A DNA stretch of 64,000 nucleotides from Macrostomum lignano (Eukaryota): contig NIVC01000150.1 of assembly GCA_002269645.1 (NCBI GenBank), forward strand, positions 372,001 through 436,000, in the 5' to 3' direction. Below are positions 51,930-62,802 of the stretch, piece after piece (positions within the stretch are counted from its first letter, which is position 1; every line of letters starts with the position of its first letter). The notes beneath the pieces are model-generated. The model was not told the origin of the DNA, made no database searches, and was given only the letters and a program-made list of their open reading frames with translations. The translations under genes were made by a program, and so were the position numbers.

Positions 51930-52610
51930 TCTTCAACTCTCATCTCTCTCTTCTTCTCTACCTTGCCTCCCCTCCTCTCTCTCCCCCCTTGTCCCTCTTC
52001 TCTCTCCTCTAATTTTTACTCTCCTCTCTTCTCCCCCTTTCTCTCTACCCTTTCTTCTCAATGCCCTCTTCTCTCCTCTTATCTTCAGCAAAAATATGTG
52101 CATATTTTCTTACTTCAAAGTAGAGAGAGTAGAAGATTAGAGATAAGCAAACAGAGGAGAGGCGAGCGATGCGATGGGAGAAAAGATAGAAGAGGAGAGA
52201 AAAGCTGAGGGAGGAAAAAGAGATGAGAGAGAAGAGGAGATTAGAGGAAAGAGGAAAGAAAAGATGATGGATGAGATCAGAAGAGAGGAAAGAGGAAAGA
52301 GGAGAGAGTAGATGAGAGAAGAGAGGATAAAGAGGAGATGAGAGGAGAGTGAAGAGAGGAGAGATGAGAGAGTAGAAAAGTGAGGAGAGATAAGATGAGA
52401 GAGTAGAGTGGAGAGAGACGAGAGGGAAGATAAGATGAGAGAGTAGAGTGGAATGGAGAGAGACGAGAGGAGAGATAAGAATGTAGAGAGGAGACAGAAG
52501 AGATAGGAGAGGAGAGGAAAAAGAGGAGAGAGGAGAGGAAAGAGAGAAGGGATAAGGGATGAGAGAGAAAAGAAAAAGAGGATGAGAAGATTGAGGAATG
52601 GAGAGAATTT
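51930..52610. repeat. Polypyrimidine block (51930-52085) facing a polypurine block (52120-52610), low complexity
   Basis: Direct inspection. Confidence 0.8.
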
Positions 52611-55600
52611 GCAAAGGCCTCAAATCTTAGTTTAACATGCATTACTCCCATCTTTGCCTTTTTCCTAACTGTTAACAAGTTTTTGTTTGAGCATGACTTC
52701 AAATTTAGAATCTATGCAAAAATAGTTCCGGGAATTAGAATTCAGTGGTTTAAAAATCTGTGGGTTTTCACAGCTTGTATCTCTACTGGATTCGTATTCT
52801 GCATCTGATGAGCCATCTGAATCAGGGCTCTCATCTTCCATGCCAAATCGTCTAGCAAATCGTTCTTGAGCTATAGGTCACACTGTATTCACTTCACTTA
52901 CTTCTGGACATTCATGAATCATGACTTTTGTAGTATGCTCACTACACTGTACTGACAATTTACTAATTGCTTCATGCCGCCACTAGATGACATACTGATT
53001 AGCTGTTATAAAAACGCAGAATCTGCACGCAGCACTAATTAGCTGGCGAGGCATTTAGCTTTAAAAATATAGTCATAGTTACTCCTGCCGTTTACTTAAA
53101 GTTTTCGCTTGGCTCTTTCATAGGTAAGTCGCATTTTTTATCGAAAACTAAGTCGCACGGCCAGCGTAATTTCAGAAGTTGCGCATGTATGTTAATATTG
53201 ATATTAATGTTTATTCTAACATTTTTGCAACATAATAAAATTGCAAAAATATGGCTGTTTTTGGTCCAGGCAAAGTAGATGAATACCATGGCTTTTTGGT
53301 CTTAGAATTATATCCTTAAGTCTATAGTTAAAGTCAAAAATATATCCTTGTATAGCTATAGGCCTTTTTTATCATTTTAGATTAAGTCTCCAAGTATAGA
53401 ATTAGAAAAAAGACAAGGCATATTCCTAAATGTTAAATATAGAGTTTAAGATATAGTGCCATAGGCCTATCTCTAAGTTTGACAATAACTTTACTGTCAA
53501 TATACTTAGCTTGTTATATAGGCTTTGGCTTATTATAAAGTACCTATATAAAACTTAATAGCATTTTTTCTACTTTTCTCTCTTCTGTACCTATTTTACT
53601 ATTTGCCATAGGTTTTTAAAGCCCCACTTTTCAGGCTTTGCCTTAAAACTATATTCAATAGTTTTAATTTTTAGCTTGATTTTTTGTATAATTTAGTCAA
53701 TACTTTGCTTAAATATTTGCAACAAAACCTTCCTTACCTTGTTATTGCTGTGTTTTGACTACCATTTGTATTTTGCTTTCAGTCCTAGTTGGTAGGGGTG
53801 TAGGCCAACATAATTGATTTTTTATACTAGGCCTACCAATGATAGTGTCCTGTTCTTGCTATGGGCCATTCCATATAACTTAGACAAAAAAGGCAATTTT
53901 TTATTTTGTGTTTTCAAATATGTTTTTAATAAGTAAATATTTCTAGCTAAAAATAAAAGTAAATAAATTAATAAAGTAAATATTACAATTGTGACATTTA
54001 AAACAAATGAAATATTATTGGAATGTTCATTAGTGTAATAGTGTATAAACTTTTTCTATTCATATTGGAATTTTTGTACTTTTTTTAACTTTGCATCTCT
54101 AAGTAAATCATTGTAAATCAAGTAAATTCAAGAAAACAATTAAGCCCATTCAACTTTTTCATTTTCTATTGTTACACCATTACAATCATTTTGCCTTCAA
54201 TTATTTGTTTTTTATCACTTGCACTCATAAAATGGTCATTTTCCAGTATAATATACACATTTTTCTTTAAGATAGGCAAAAAATTGAATTATATGGAATG
54301 ACCCCTATGCATCAAAATTGGATCTAGTATTCTGCATTAAAACATATTGATAGCAAGATTTAGGTGAAAATAATAAAAGTATAATAAAAATACGAGGGAA
54401 ATATCTTTTAGAAAAAATCGATTTCTTATCACATCACTGTTGAAATATTAATATACAGTATACACATTTTAGATTAATCTGCTTCTTCTATGGGTATGGT
54501 ATAAGCGTAAAAAAATATGAGGTACACTAGTATGCAATCTCAAAACTCTCAGCTCAACTCACAAGTTATAAATTGAAATAAAGGTGAGAAAACATGTTTT
54601 TACACTTGAATGTAGTGCGTATACGCCCTACGCCCTACGGGCATAAGGCAATTTTTTACATTTGTTTTCTTTTTTTGCCAAAATTCTTATCTAACTTTCT
54701 TTGAAAGAACCGACTTTAAAACCGTGCGCAATTTTCACTTCGTGAAAGAAGATTATTCGAATCTTTTTCGAAAGCAAAAAGGTTAACGTCTTATGTTTTC
54801 ATTTAGGGTCAAGAATCAGATAAATTTGAAAATGATGCGTTTCCGGCTCCTCAAAATGGAGAAAAGTACGAAAACTTATGAAAATGTTTTAAATTAAAAC
54901 TCACCACAGCTATTTTTGATATTTGGTACAAATACGAATTGTAGGCCACGTCTTTATATTACAAACATATTCTTGTCATTTTTCCTCTCAATGTGGGATA
55001 GGGTGCATAGTCCCAGAAAATTATAGGCTGTAAAATAAAAAATCTTAACTTGGATCATGTGGTTCTAGATCATCATCTCTTCTATGAGCTTTTCAGAAAA
55101 ACGGTACATATACTACTATATAAAGCTGCGGTTTGCGCTATGCTTGCCTTGAGCAAACCGGCTTTTTATAGTGACCAAGCACGCTCATTCTGTACGCCCC
55201 CGCCGCGTGTGTACGGCAGCTCGGGTAGGTTGGGTGAACACCCACCCCTCCGCCGGCGGGGGCATTTTATTCTTGCAACCGCGCTGCTGGGCACTTGGCA
55301 GGCAGTGTGTTTTTGCGCAGTTCTTTTTTTCTTCTTTTATCCTTATTTTAAATGCCTGACAATAAGAAATATAATGCAATACAATCGAGGTCTCGCTGCA
55401 GCCTAATTGCTTTTGCCAAACGTCGCATTTTTTTATTGCTTGAGAGCATTATAGCTTAGATGTACTAGTACATGTATATATATAATTACTGTAATACATG
55501 CATTCTATTAGCCAATTAGCTCGAGCTCAGTAGTATATAAATTTCCCGAGCCGATTTCGAATCGGCAATATTTTCAATTTTACTACGGTTACATTTTTGA

Positions 55601-55746
55601 TCCTTCCAAAATGTATTCCAAAATATATCCAATGTATCCAAAATGTTAAATGCAATTGTATTCATGTATCAATCAAGAGCGACGATATCTCATTTCGCGA
55701 CGTAGGCACGGGTACGCGAATACTTTACTTCATGTACATTTACGAC

Positions 55747-56590
55747 TGTGTAAGGCCTCTTTTTATTCTTTTTTACTCGAAAATCTAACTGTCTATGCCA
55801 TTTTAAATCTGCGCATTTGAAAGAAAAACTTTTTGTTTAAGTACTCGTATTTCTCAAAATATTTTTGCAATTTAATTTTTGTTTTGAACAAACTGCACTG
55901 AAATTTTAGTAATTAGACGCGATTTTGGGCGAGGAGAAGATAACTCGACTAGTTTCGAGCTTCGAAACAGCCTTCAGCCTTTACTAGCTAGTTGAGAAAA
56001 TCTATTACGAATTCCGAGTAAATAATTGAGAAGTGATTCCGACTTAGTATAATTTTCCGAGAGTGAAGTATCCTGTAAATACTACTGATTAATTAGAAGA
56101 CGAAGTAGATCTCAAAGCAGACTTATAGAATACCGGAGGCCGTGACCCTGATCTAATCTCGGGAGCGCCCAGAACGGGAAAGATCATACATGCAGTACAT
56201 ATACCAGTAGAGACATGTACATGTACATACCGCTCAGGGAATACGCTACCAGAACTAAGTAAGAACGCTACCAGTACAGAGAGAAGACGCTACGCAGTAA
56301 GAAGAAAGGAATACGCAATTATATATACTTAGCTCAATACTCAGACAGATACTCAGACAATTACTCATATATATACTAAGAATAATTCACAGACCGATTC
56401 TAAGAAAGTATAGAATTAACCCTACGAAAACTTAGTGACAGTATAGTGAGACTATTAATTTAGAGGGTAGAACTTTCCCCTTAAACAACTTTGGTGGCAT
56501 CAAAGAGATTAAATTAAAGGCAGCTGCAAAAATTCTAGTATCAGCAGTTAGCTAAGGATTATTAAAGACAGGGGAAACAGTCCCGTCACA
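55747..56590 (-). mobile_element. Probable solo LTR (Gypsy-type, 844 bp)
   Basis: TGTG...CACA termini and 4-bp TSD CGAC at 55743-55746 and 56591-56594. AATAAA on the minus strand near the 55760 end. No partner LTR in the window. Confidence 0.55.
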
Positions 56591-56880
56591 CGACCTAGTT
56601 GTAAATGTACATGTAGATAGCCAAAAACGTGTTATTATAAGAGTATTGCAGTACGTTTCCGGAAATTCTTTGTCTCTTTTTGTTTCTTTGTCTGCTGATC
56701 GTGGATTCTCAAGCGTCGAAGTGAGAGTTTCAGATCAGGCTAATCGGGTGATGAATTAAGTTCCACTTACATAGATAGCTTACATGTATATTTTAATAAT
56801 TTCGGAAATTTCCCTCTCGTCCTTGAGTCTTTCTGGTGCAGTCCACATGCCGTGCTTCATTTGTACACTTACGCCAGGGG

Positions 56881-57247
56881 TTTTTTTAGAGGCAGGGGGG
56901 GGGGGTTGTGTGCACCCTGGCGCACTTTAAGCGACATAGGCACACAACCGGCGAGAGGCATTACTGCCCATTCCGCCGACTCCCCTGAGCAGGCATACAA
57001 GCGCGCGGATACGTACGCAGGCACACACTCACACAGGAGTGTACAGCGGCCCTAATTTTATTTTATCGTTAGGCATGTACACTTCACTGCGCCTTGGGGG
57101 GTTGGCTCTCAAGGCCGTTAATTGCACGAGCAGAGCCAAGCCGAGATTCCAATTCAGCCCCAAATTAATGTGACTGCACTTGGAATCGAGCCTGGGTCGC
57201 TGGCACACCAGAGCAGCTGCGCTACCGCTGAGCTACGGCCCGCCCCC
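56881..57247 (-). mobile_element. tRNA-derived SINE (second family) with 13-bp TSD
   Basis: The minus-strand head GGGCGGGCCGTAGCTCAGCGGTAGCGC...GGCTCGATTCC carries A and B boxes, with a short poly-A at the 3' end. Direct repeat CTTACGCCAGGGG at 56868-56880 and 57248-57260. Confidence 0.6.
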
Positions 57248-57756
57248 CTTACGCCAGGGGTGCTCAAATATGTTTCCAAACAAGTACTCGTAATTGAAGA
57301 ATTGCTCTAGAGTCACACCTAAAATTCGCGTATGCACGAGAAGCATGATGCATACAAAGGGGGGTTGTGTGTTACGATAATATATTGTAATTGCATATGC
57401 AATACTGTGTATCGCAAGATGAAGAACCGTGAAAATTAATATGAAATATACTATACAAGCAGAGCACAACATTAAGAAAAAATGTCGTCGATTAATGCAC
57501 ACGCTATGGTATACATGTACATGTAACACGTCTGCCGAATATACCTAATGTACACCGTGGTTTTATAGTATTATGCGTATTTAGTCGTAGATAAGTAATA
57601 GATCCAAAATGACTTTGACTATTTCTCGATAGCCAAATTTCTATAATACAGTAATAATACGCTGTAAACACATTTCATTTGAAATGCAATAACTGCTAGA
57701 ATGACCGGCTGGAACTTTGCGATTGCAATTACAGCAGCTTTTCCTGCTCTGTGCGC

Positions 57757-60198
57757 TTACTTTGCTGTTGTCTTGGCGGCGCTACAGCTAGTGGACGTCC
57801 AGCCGCCGCAGTAGAGAGGAGTGAAACGGTTCCTGCCGGTGGAAGCTGTCAAATCGACTGGCGACGACGTCTTCTGCCAGCACGGCATCTGGGCTTTCCG
57901 TCGGCCGTTGTAGTCGTCGCTGAACAGTTTTTTCTTGTGAATTCGACGATCTGAATTTGTGGAATGCTGTGGCCGATGCTGGCACTGTTCTTTGCCTGGC
58001 CGCACTATGCTCGAATTGCACTGCATTTCGACAGCTTGCTGCTGCAGTGGGGAATTCGGATGGTTTAATTCGATAATCTTCTCGGGTTCTTGCAAACTTT
58101 GCCGCGCAATTTCACCATTGTTGGTATTTTGCAGAGTCACCTGAAGTAGCTGACTTTGCTGAGTCTGATGCATATTCTGCTCAAGAAATGGACTCCGTTG
58201 AGTTGGATATTCGTTCTGTTGAAGCACTGGACTCCGTTGAGTTGGATATTCGTTCTGTTGAAGCACTGGACTCCGTTGAGTTGGATATCCGTTCTGTTGA
58301 AGCACTGGACTCCGTTGAGTTGGATATTCGTTCTGTTGAAGCACTGGACTCCGTTGAGTTGGATATCCGTTCTGTTGAAGCACTGGACTCTGTTGAGTTG
58401 GATATTCGTTCTGTTGAAGCACTGGACTCCGTTGAGTTGGATATTCGTTCTGTTGAAGCACTGGACTCTGTTGAGTTGGACATCCGTTCTGTTGAAGCAC
58501 TGGACTCCATTGAGTTGGACATCCGTTCTGTTGAAGCACTGGACTCCGTTGAGTTGGACATCCGTTCTGTTGAAGCACTGGACTCCGTTGAGTTGGACAT
58601 CCGTTCTGTTGAAGAACCAGATTCTGCTGAGTTGGGTGTCCGTTCTGTTGAAACACTGGACTTTTCTGCTTCTGTTGAACAGTTTGTTGAAGAATTTGAC
58701 TTTGTTTAGGGTGTTGCAGGTTTTGCTGAAGCACACATGTATGACTCTGTTCGGGTTGCAAGCTTTCCTGATAGACCTGACTCTTCTCGGGCTGTTGCTG
58801 AATTTGGTTATTCAAGTGACCTTGATAGAGCCTTTGTAGATTGGCCTGATGTGTTTGAACTTGCAGAAGTGGCTGAGGATTGCTGTTCTGAAGTGTGAGA
58901 TTTGGCTGAAGCAGTTCATTTTGCTGGGGTTGAGCATACACAGATTTCTGAATCATTCGACCCTGCTGTTGCTGCTGCAGATTCTCCTGAAGCAGTTGGA
59001 TTTGCCTTTGTTGCTGCAAATACTTCTGAAGCAGCTCAATCTGCTGCCTTTGCTCCAGATTCCTTTGATGAAGCTGGCTCTGTTGGAGTCGTTGCAGGTT
59101 CTTCTGAAGCAACTTGATTTCCTTTTTTTGCTGCAGATTATTCTGATGCAACTGGCTCTGCTGCAATTGTTTCAAATGCTTTTCAAGCTGACTCTGTTGC
59201 TTTTGCTGCAGATTCCTCTGTTGTAACTGGCTCTGCTGAAGCTGTTGCATATTTTTCTGAAGCAGCTGGATCTGCTTTTGATGCTGCAAAATCTTCAGGT
59301 GCAACTTACTCTCTTGTTCGTACTGCAAATTCAAGTTATTTTTAACAAACTGGATCTCCTTTTGTTGCCGACTTTTCTTCCTTGATTGGTTTTGTTGAAG
59401 TTGTTGCAGAACTTTCTGATTTAGCTCCAGCCGCTGCAGTTTTTCCAGATACTTTTTCCGTTTATCTCTAATAAGCAACGCTTCATTTCGATTTTGCTCC
59501 GTTGGAACTAATGAATTTGTTGGCTCCGATGAGCGCCGCGGGATAACGTAGGTCGCGCTGTCCAGAACTCGACGGCTGACGCAGAAATCGTTGTCGCTTG
59601 CCTCGCACGAACTCGAATCTTCGTTGTCGCTAATTCCCCATGCGTTGCTTTGGTTTAGTTCATCAATGTTATCATTAAATATGCCTTCAAAGCCCCAATC
59701 AAACAGCTGCCCATCGGTGTCGGCCTTGAGCTTGCGCTCAATCTTACTGATGGTGCTCATTCGGAAACTTTCACCACCACCGCCGCCTTCGCCGCCTTCG
59801 CCACCTTCGCCACCTCCACCATCAATGTTAGTCATTTTGATACTTTCGCCACTGCGGCCGCCATCAACGCCACCGCCGTCGCCTCCATCGATGTCATTGA
59901 CAAGAGGAGTATCTTCGCCACTCTCAACAGGTTCTTCCTCGCCACCATCGTCACCATAGACCTCGATGTAGTCATCGCCACCCGGGTCGGCTTCGTGAAC
60001 TGCTCCGATGCCCCGATCGCAGATGATTTTCCACAGCTCTCTGCGGTATTGCAGCTTGCATTCGTTGATTTGGGATCGCAATGGCTCCAGGTCGATGCCA
60101 AGGTCTATGACTGAACCGAGCACGGCCGGTGTGGGCGCGCAGAAAGTCGTGTCGTTTTCGTCAGGCATCCTTAGACTTCTCTGCGTAAATCGGTTCAT
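57757..60198 (-). CDS. Intronless Gly/acidic/Gln-rich protein of unknown family, paralogue 1 (813 aa; probable start Met11 at 60168)
   Basis: 2.4-kb ORF. The N-terminal 54 aa from Met11 are 29/54 identical, ungapped, to the ORF at 61498-62802. It also contains ~25-aa Gln/Leu repeats, a 13-aa tandem repeat and a C-terminal FTPLYCGGW. Confidence 0.85.
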   Translation of the reverse strand: MNRFTQRSLRMPDENDTTFCAPTPAVLGSVIDLGIDLEPLRSQINECKLQYRRELWKIICDRGIGAVHEADPGGDDYIEVYGDDGGEEEPVESGEDTPLVNDIDGGDGGGVDGGRSGESIKMTNIDGGGGEGGEGGEGGGGGESFRMSTISKIERKLKADTDGQLFDWGFEGIFNDNIDELNQSNAWGISDNEDSSSCEASDNDFCVSRRVLDSATYVIPRRSSEPTNSLVPTEQNRNEALLIRDKRKKYLEKLQRLELNQKVLQQLQQNQSRKKSRQQKEIQFVKNNLNLQYEQESKLHLKILQHQKQIQLLQKNMQQLQQSQLQQRNLQQKQQSQLEKHLKQLQQSQLHQNNLQQKKEIKLLQKNLQRLQQSQLHQRNLEQRQQIELLQKYLQQQRQIQLLQENLQQQQQGRMIQKSVYAQPQQNELLQPNLTLQNSNPQPLLQVQTHQANLQRLYQGHLNNQIQQQPEKSQVYQESLQPEQSHTCVLQQNLQHPKQSQILQQTVQQKQKSPVFQQNGHPTQQNLVLQQNGCPTQRSPVLQQNGCPTQRSPVLQQNGCPTQWSPVLQQNGCPTQQSPVLQQNEYPTQRSPVLQQNEYPTQQSPVLQQNGYPTQRSPVLQQNEYPTQRSPVLQQNGYPTQRSPVLQQNEYPTQRSPVLQQNEYPTQRSPFLEQNMHQTQQSQLLQVTLQNTNNGEIARQSLQEPEKIIELNHPNSPLQQQAVEMQCNSSIVRPGKEQCQHRPQHSTNSDRRIHKKKLFSDDYNGRRKAQMPCWQKTSSPVDLTASTGRNRFTPLYCGGWTSTSCSAAKTTAK
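58180..58620. repeat. 39-bp coding minisatellite (QQNEYPTQRSPVL, ~11 copies)
   Basis: In frame within the 813-aa ORF. Confidence 0.95.
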
Positions 60199-61497
60199 TT
60201 TGAGTCCTTGTTCAATTAAAAATCATGGATGCTCCTTAATATCAAAAGATTTTAAATAAAACCTCTTGAAGGATTTTGCATTCGATGTGCATTTTAAACT
60301 GCCATAGACAGCCAAACTATGGGGACATAAGTAGTAATATCTTGAGTTAAAAATAGCTAATACTCAAGTCGAAGCAGGATACAGTGGCTCGGTGGAAACG
60401 CGTCCGACGAGTACAAAAACAAAACTTTGAACGGGGAATCATGTGCCGCTAATTATACTGTAGGGTCCACCTATAAGGGCCGGGCAAGCAGCGGTATGCT
60501 CTCGGGCTTGCAAACGTCGGGGAGAACCGGTTTTGGCCCGAGGTGAGTGAGCCTGAAGACTGGGCAGGGGCAGATAAAGTGCTCATGGTTTTCACTGCCT
60601 GCGCGACAAAAAGGGGCACCGCTCCTCAGGTACCTGGTCCTAAAGGAAACGGTGGCAAGCAAAGCAGCCATGGCCGGAGAGGGCCACGCGCCATGCTGAC
60701 TGCTCTAAGATCCCTGCGGGTTGAGCCAAAGGCGAGCTCTACGCAGGAGGGGGAGGGACAGGGGACGGCAGCGAGGGATTGTCTGCAATTGGGATTTGAT
60801 CACCGAGATGGGGATGGGGCCTCTGGGCCCGGCCTGAGAAGCGCGCTGGCGGAGCTGGCCTTGGCCAGCAGGTCCGGGATCTATTTGAGCTGCACCTCAT
60901 TGCCCAGCGCGAGCCCATTGAGCTGGGCGTTGCAGTCCAGGACAGATTTGGAGCTGGTAGTACTATGGCAGAGAGCCTGAAGGGCTGCTTGGCTGTCGGA
61001 CTGAAAATAGTATGGGACCATATGTACACGCGTGTGCTTTTTCAAGTTTCAGTTGCGAATGCAAAGTAAAATCCGTCAATTGCAAAAAATGACGAATACG
61101 AGCGTACTGTACAACCTTTGGCCCAGTTCTACTCTTCTCAATGAATCATATTGTTCTTGCTCATTCTAATAATTCGTTAATGGTATAAACGTAAAGAAGT
61201 GGACTGCATTGACAATTATTCATGCCTTGTACTTGAGTATAGGCTGCAGAATACGGGTCAACCTTTCTCATTCGATTGGTACCGAGGAAGGTTATTACAC
61301 TTCTATTGTACAGGCATTTAATTAGACAGCATACGGAGGGGCTTTAAAAATAAAAAATTATTAACATACGTTTAGTTGCGTAGGAGGATATTTAAAACCG
61401 ACACAAACTCGAATTGTTGCGTTGTTCAAAAAAGTAGCCATGAAATATTTGTATGTAGTTAGCCTGGACAGTGTTGAGTAGCTTACTGACGAGTTCG

Positions 61498-62802
61498 TTA
61501 CCGTTCCGTACCGGAGTTCTTGTGCCGCTTCTTCTTGGCTATGCACGTGGCAGATTTGTTCCAGTCGCCGCATTTCATTGGAACAAAAGAGTGACTACCT
61601 ATGTGGCGCCGCGCCGGCGCACTTCCTGCTTCGCTCTTCAGTGATTCGTCGGCAGCTGTTGTGCTGTGCGGAGAGGAGCAGCTGCTGCTGCTGCTGCTGG
61701 ATGTGCTGGACAAGTTGTAGTCATGCAGGTGAGACATTCGCCGGCTCAGGTACGCCAGCCGTGGATTGACTGGATGCGACTGCTGCGTACATGCTTCGAA
61801 CGGGTTTTCTGCATAATACCGCTGCATTGGATAGGCGGACCTGGGCTCTAGATACGACTTCTGCTGAGATAGGAAATCTCGCTGTTGTTGTTGAAGAAGA
61901 AAATTACTTTGACTATTGTATTGCCGTTGAATGTGAGGTTTCTGCTTCTCTGCATAAGACTGCGGCTCAAATTGCTGATGCAACTGTTGTGGCTTGCGTC
62001 GCGATTTAGCCGGTCGTGGATGCTTGGAATGGGGCAGACGGTGCAGAGGAGGCTGCACCTGAGCTTCAGGATACAGCAGCTGTTGCGCTTGCATTGCGTT
62101 TGGAGGACCTGGCGGGGGGATTTTTTGCGGAATAAACTGCTGCTGCTGACCTGCAGCCTGGGGTTGGTAACCGGACTGCTGTTGCGACCGTTGGTTTGGC
62201 CCCTGGTTCCGCAAAATCGTTGCACCTTGTTGCATCATCATCTGCGCCTGTTGAGTCAGAAGCGTCTCAGCCAGAGTTGCTGAGTTTGGTGACGAAGTCT
62301 GCGAATAGGCCAGGACTGGGCTGCTGCACTGTTGGACTCCTTGGCTTTTGCGATTGCGCCATCTGGCGTTGCTGCCGCCTTTGCAAACTGCACCAGAGTT
62401 CGATGCTGAAGTACCAAATCTTCTGCTTCTGGCGTTGCTCTGGTTTTCATCGTCGCCTTCCTCAGCTGGCTGCTCCTCGCCAATGCCACCGCCGCCGCCA
62501 ATACCACCACCGCCGCTGCCGCCGCCGTTGCCACCGCCACTGCTGCCGCCACCGCCACGGACGCCGCCGCCGAGGCCACCGCCACTGCTGCCGCCGCCGC
62601 CGCCATCGCCTCCACCACCGCCGCCACTATCGCTACCCTGAATACCCTGATCGCAGATGATGTTCCACAATTCCTTGTGGTAGCGCAGCTTGCAAGCTTG
62701 AATCCGATCGCGAGCTGGGGCCAGGTCGACGCCAAGGTCGATTATGCTGCCGAACAAACCGAAGGCAGGGGTGCAGAAGACCGTGTACTTTTTACCGGAC
62801 AT
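61498..62802 (-). CDS. Intronless Gly/Gln/Ser-rich protein of unknown family, paralogue 2 (434 aa)
   Basis: Shares the N-terminal domain and a C-terminal FVPMKCGDW motif with paralogue 1; poly-Gly, Q/P-rich centre, basic tail KKKRHK. Confidence 0.85.
   Translation of the reverse strand: MSGKKYTVFCTPAFGLFGSIIDLGVDLAPARDRIQACKLRYHKELWNIICDQGIQGSDSGGGGGGDGGGGGSSGGGLGGGVRGGGGSSGGGNGGGSGGGGIGGGGGIGEEQPAEEGDDENQSNARSRRFGTSASNSGAVCKGGSNARWRNRKSQGVQQCSSPVLAYSQTSSPNSATLAETLLTQQAQMMMQQGATILRNQGPNQRSQQQSGYQPQAAGQQQQFIPQKIPPPGPPNAMQAQQLLYPEAQVQPPLHRLPHSKHPRPAKSRRKPQQLHQQFEPQSYAEKQKPHIQRQYNSQSNFLLQQQQRDFLSQQKSYLEPRSAYPMQRYYAENPFEACTQQSHPVNPRLAYLSRRMSHLHDYNLSSTSSSSSSSCSSPHSTTAADESLKSEAGSAPARRHIGSHSFVPMKCGDWNKSATCIAKKKRHKNSGTER

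Noticed and set aside
57170-57248. Intact tRNA gene
   Set aside because: A and B boxes are present, but the acceptor and anticodon stems do not close properly and the head continues into a TSD-flanked body, so it is called a SINE.
60470-61030. 145-aa + and 96-aa - ORFs between the paralogues (also similar GC-balanced blocks at 7793-8216, 13500-14150, 15240-16000, 28969-29780, 45430-45990)
   Set aside because: Non-ATG starts or no coherent domain or splice structure. They are probably repeat fragments or UTR/promoter sequence that I cannot classify.
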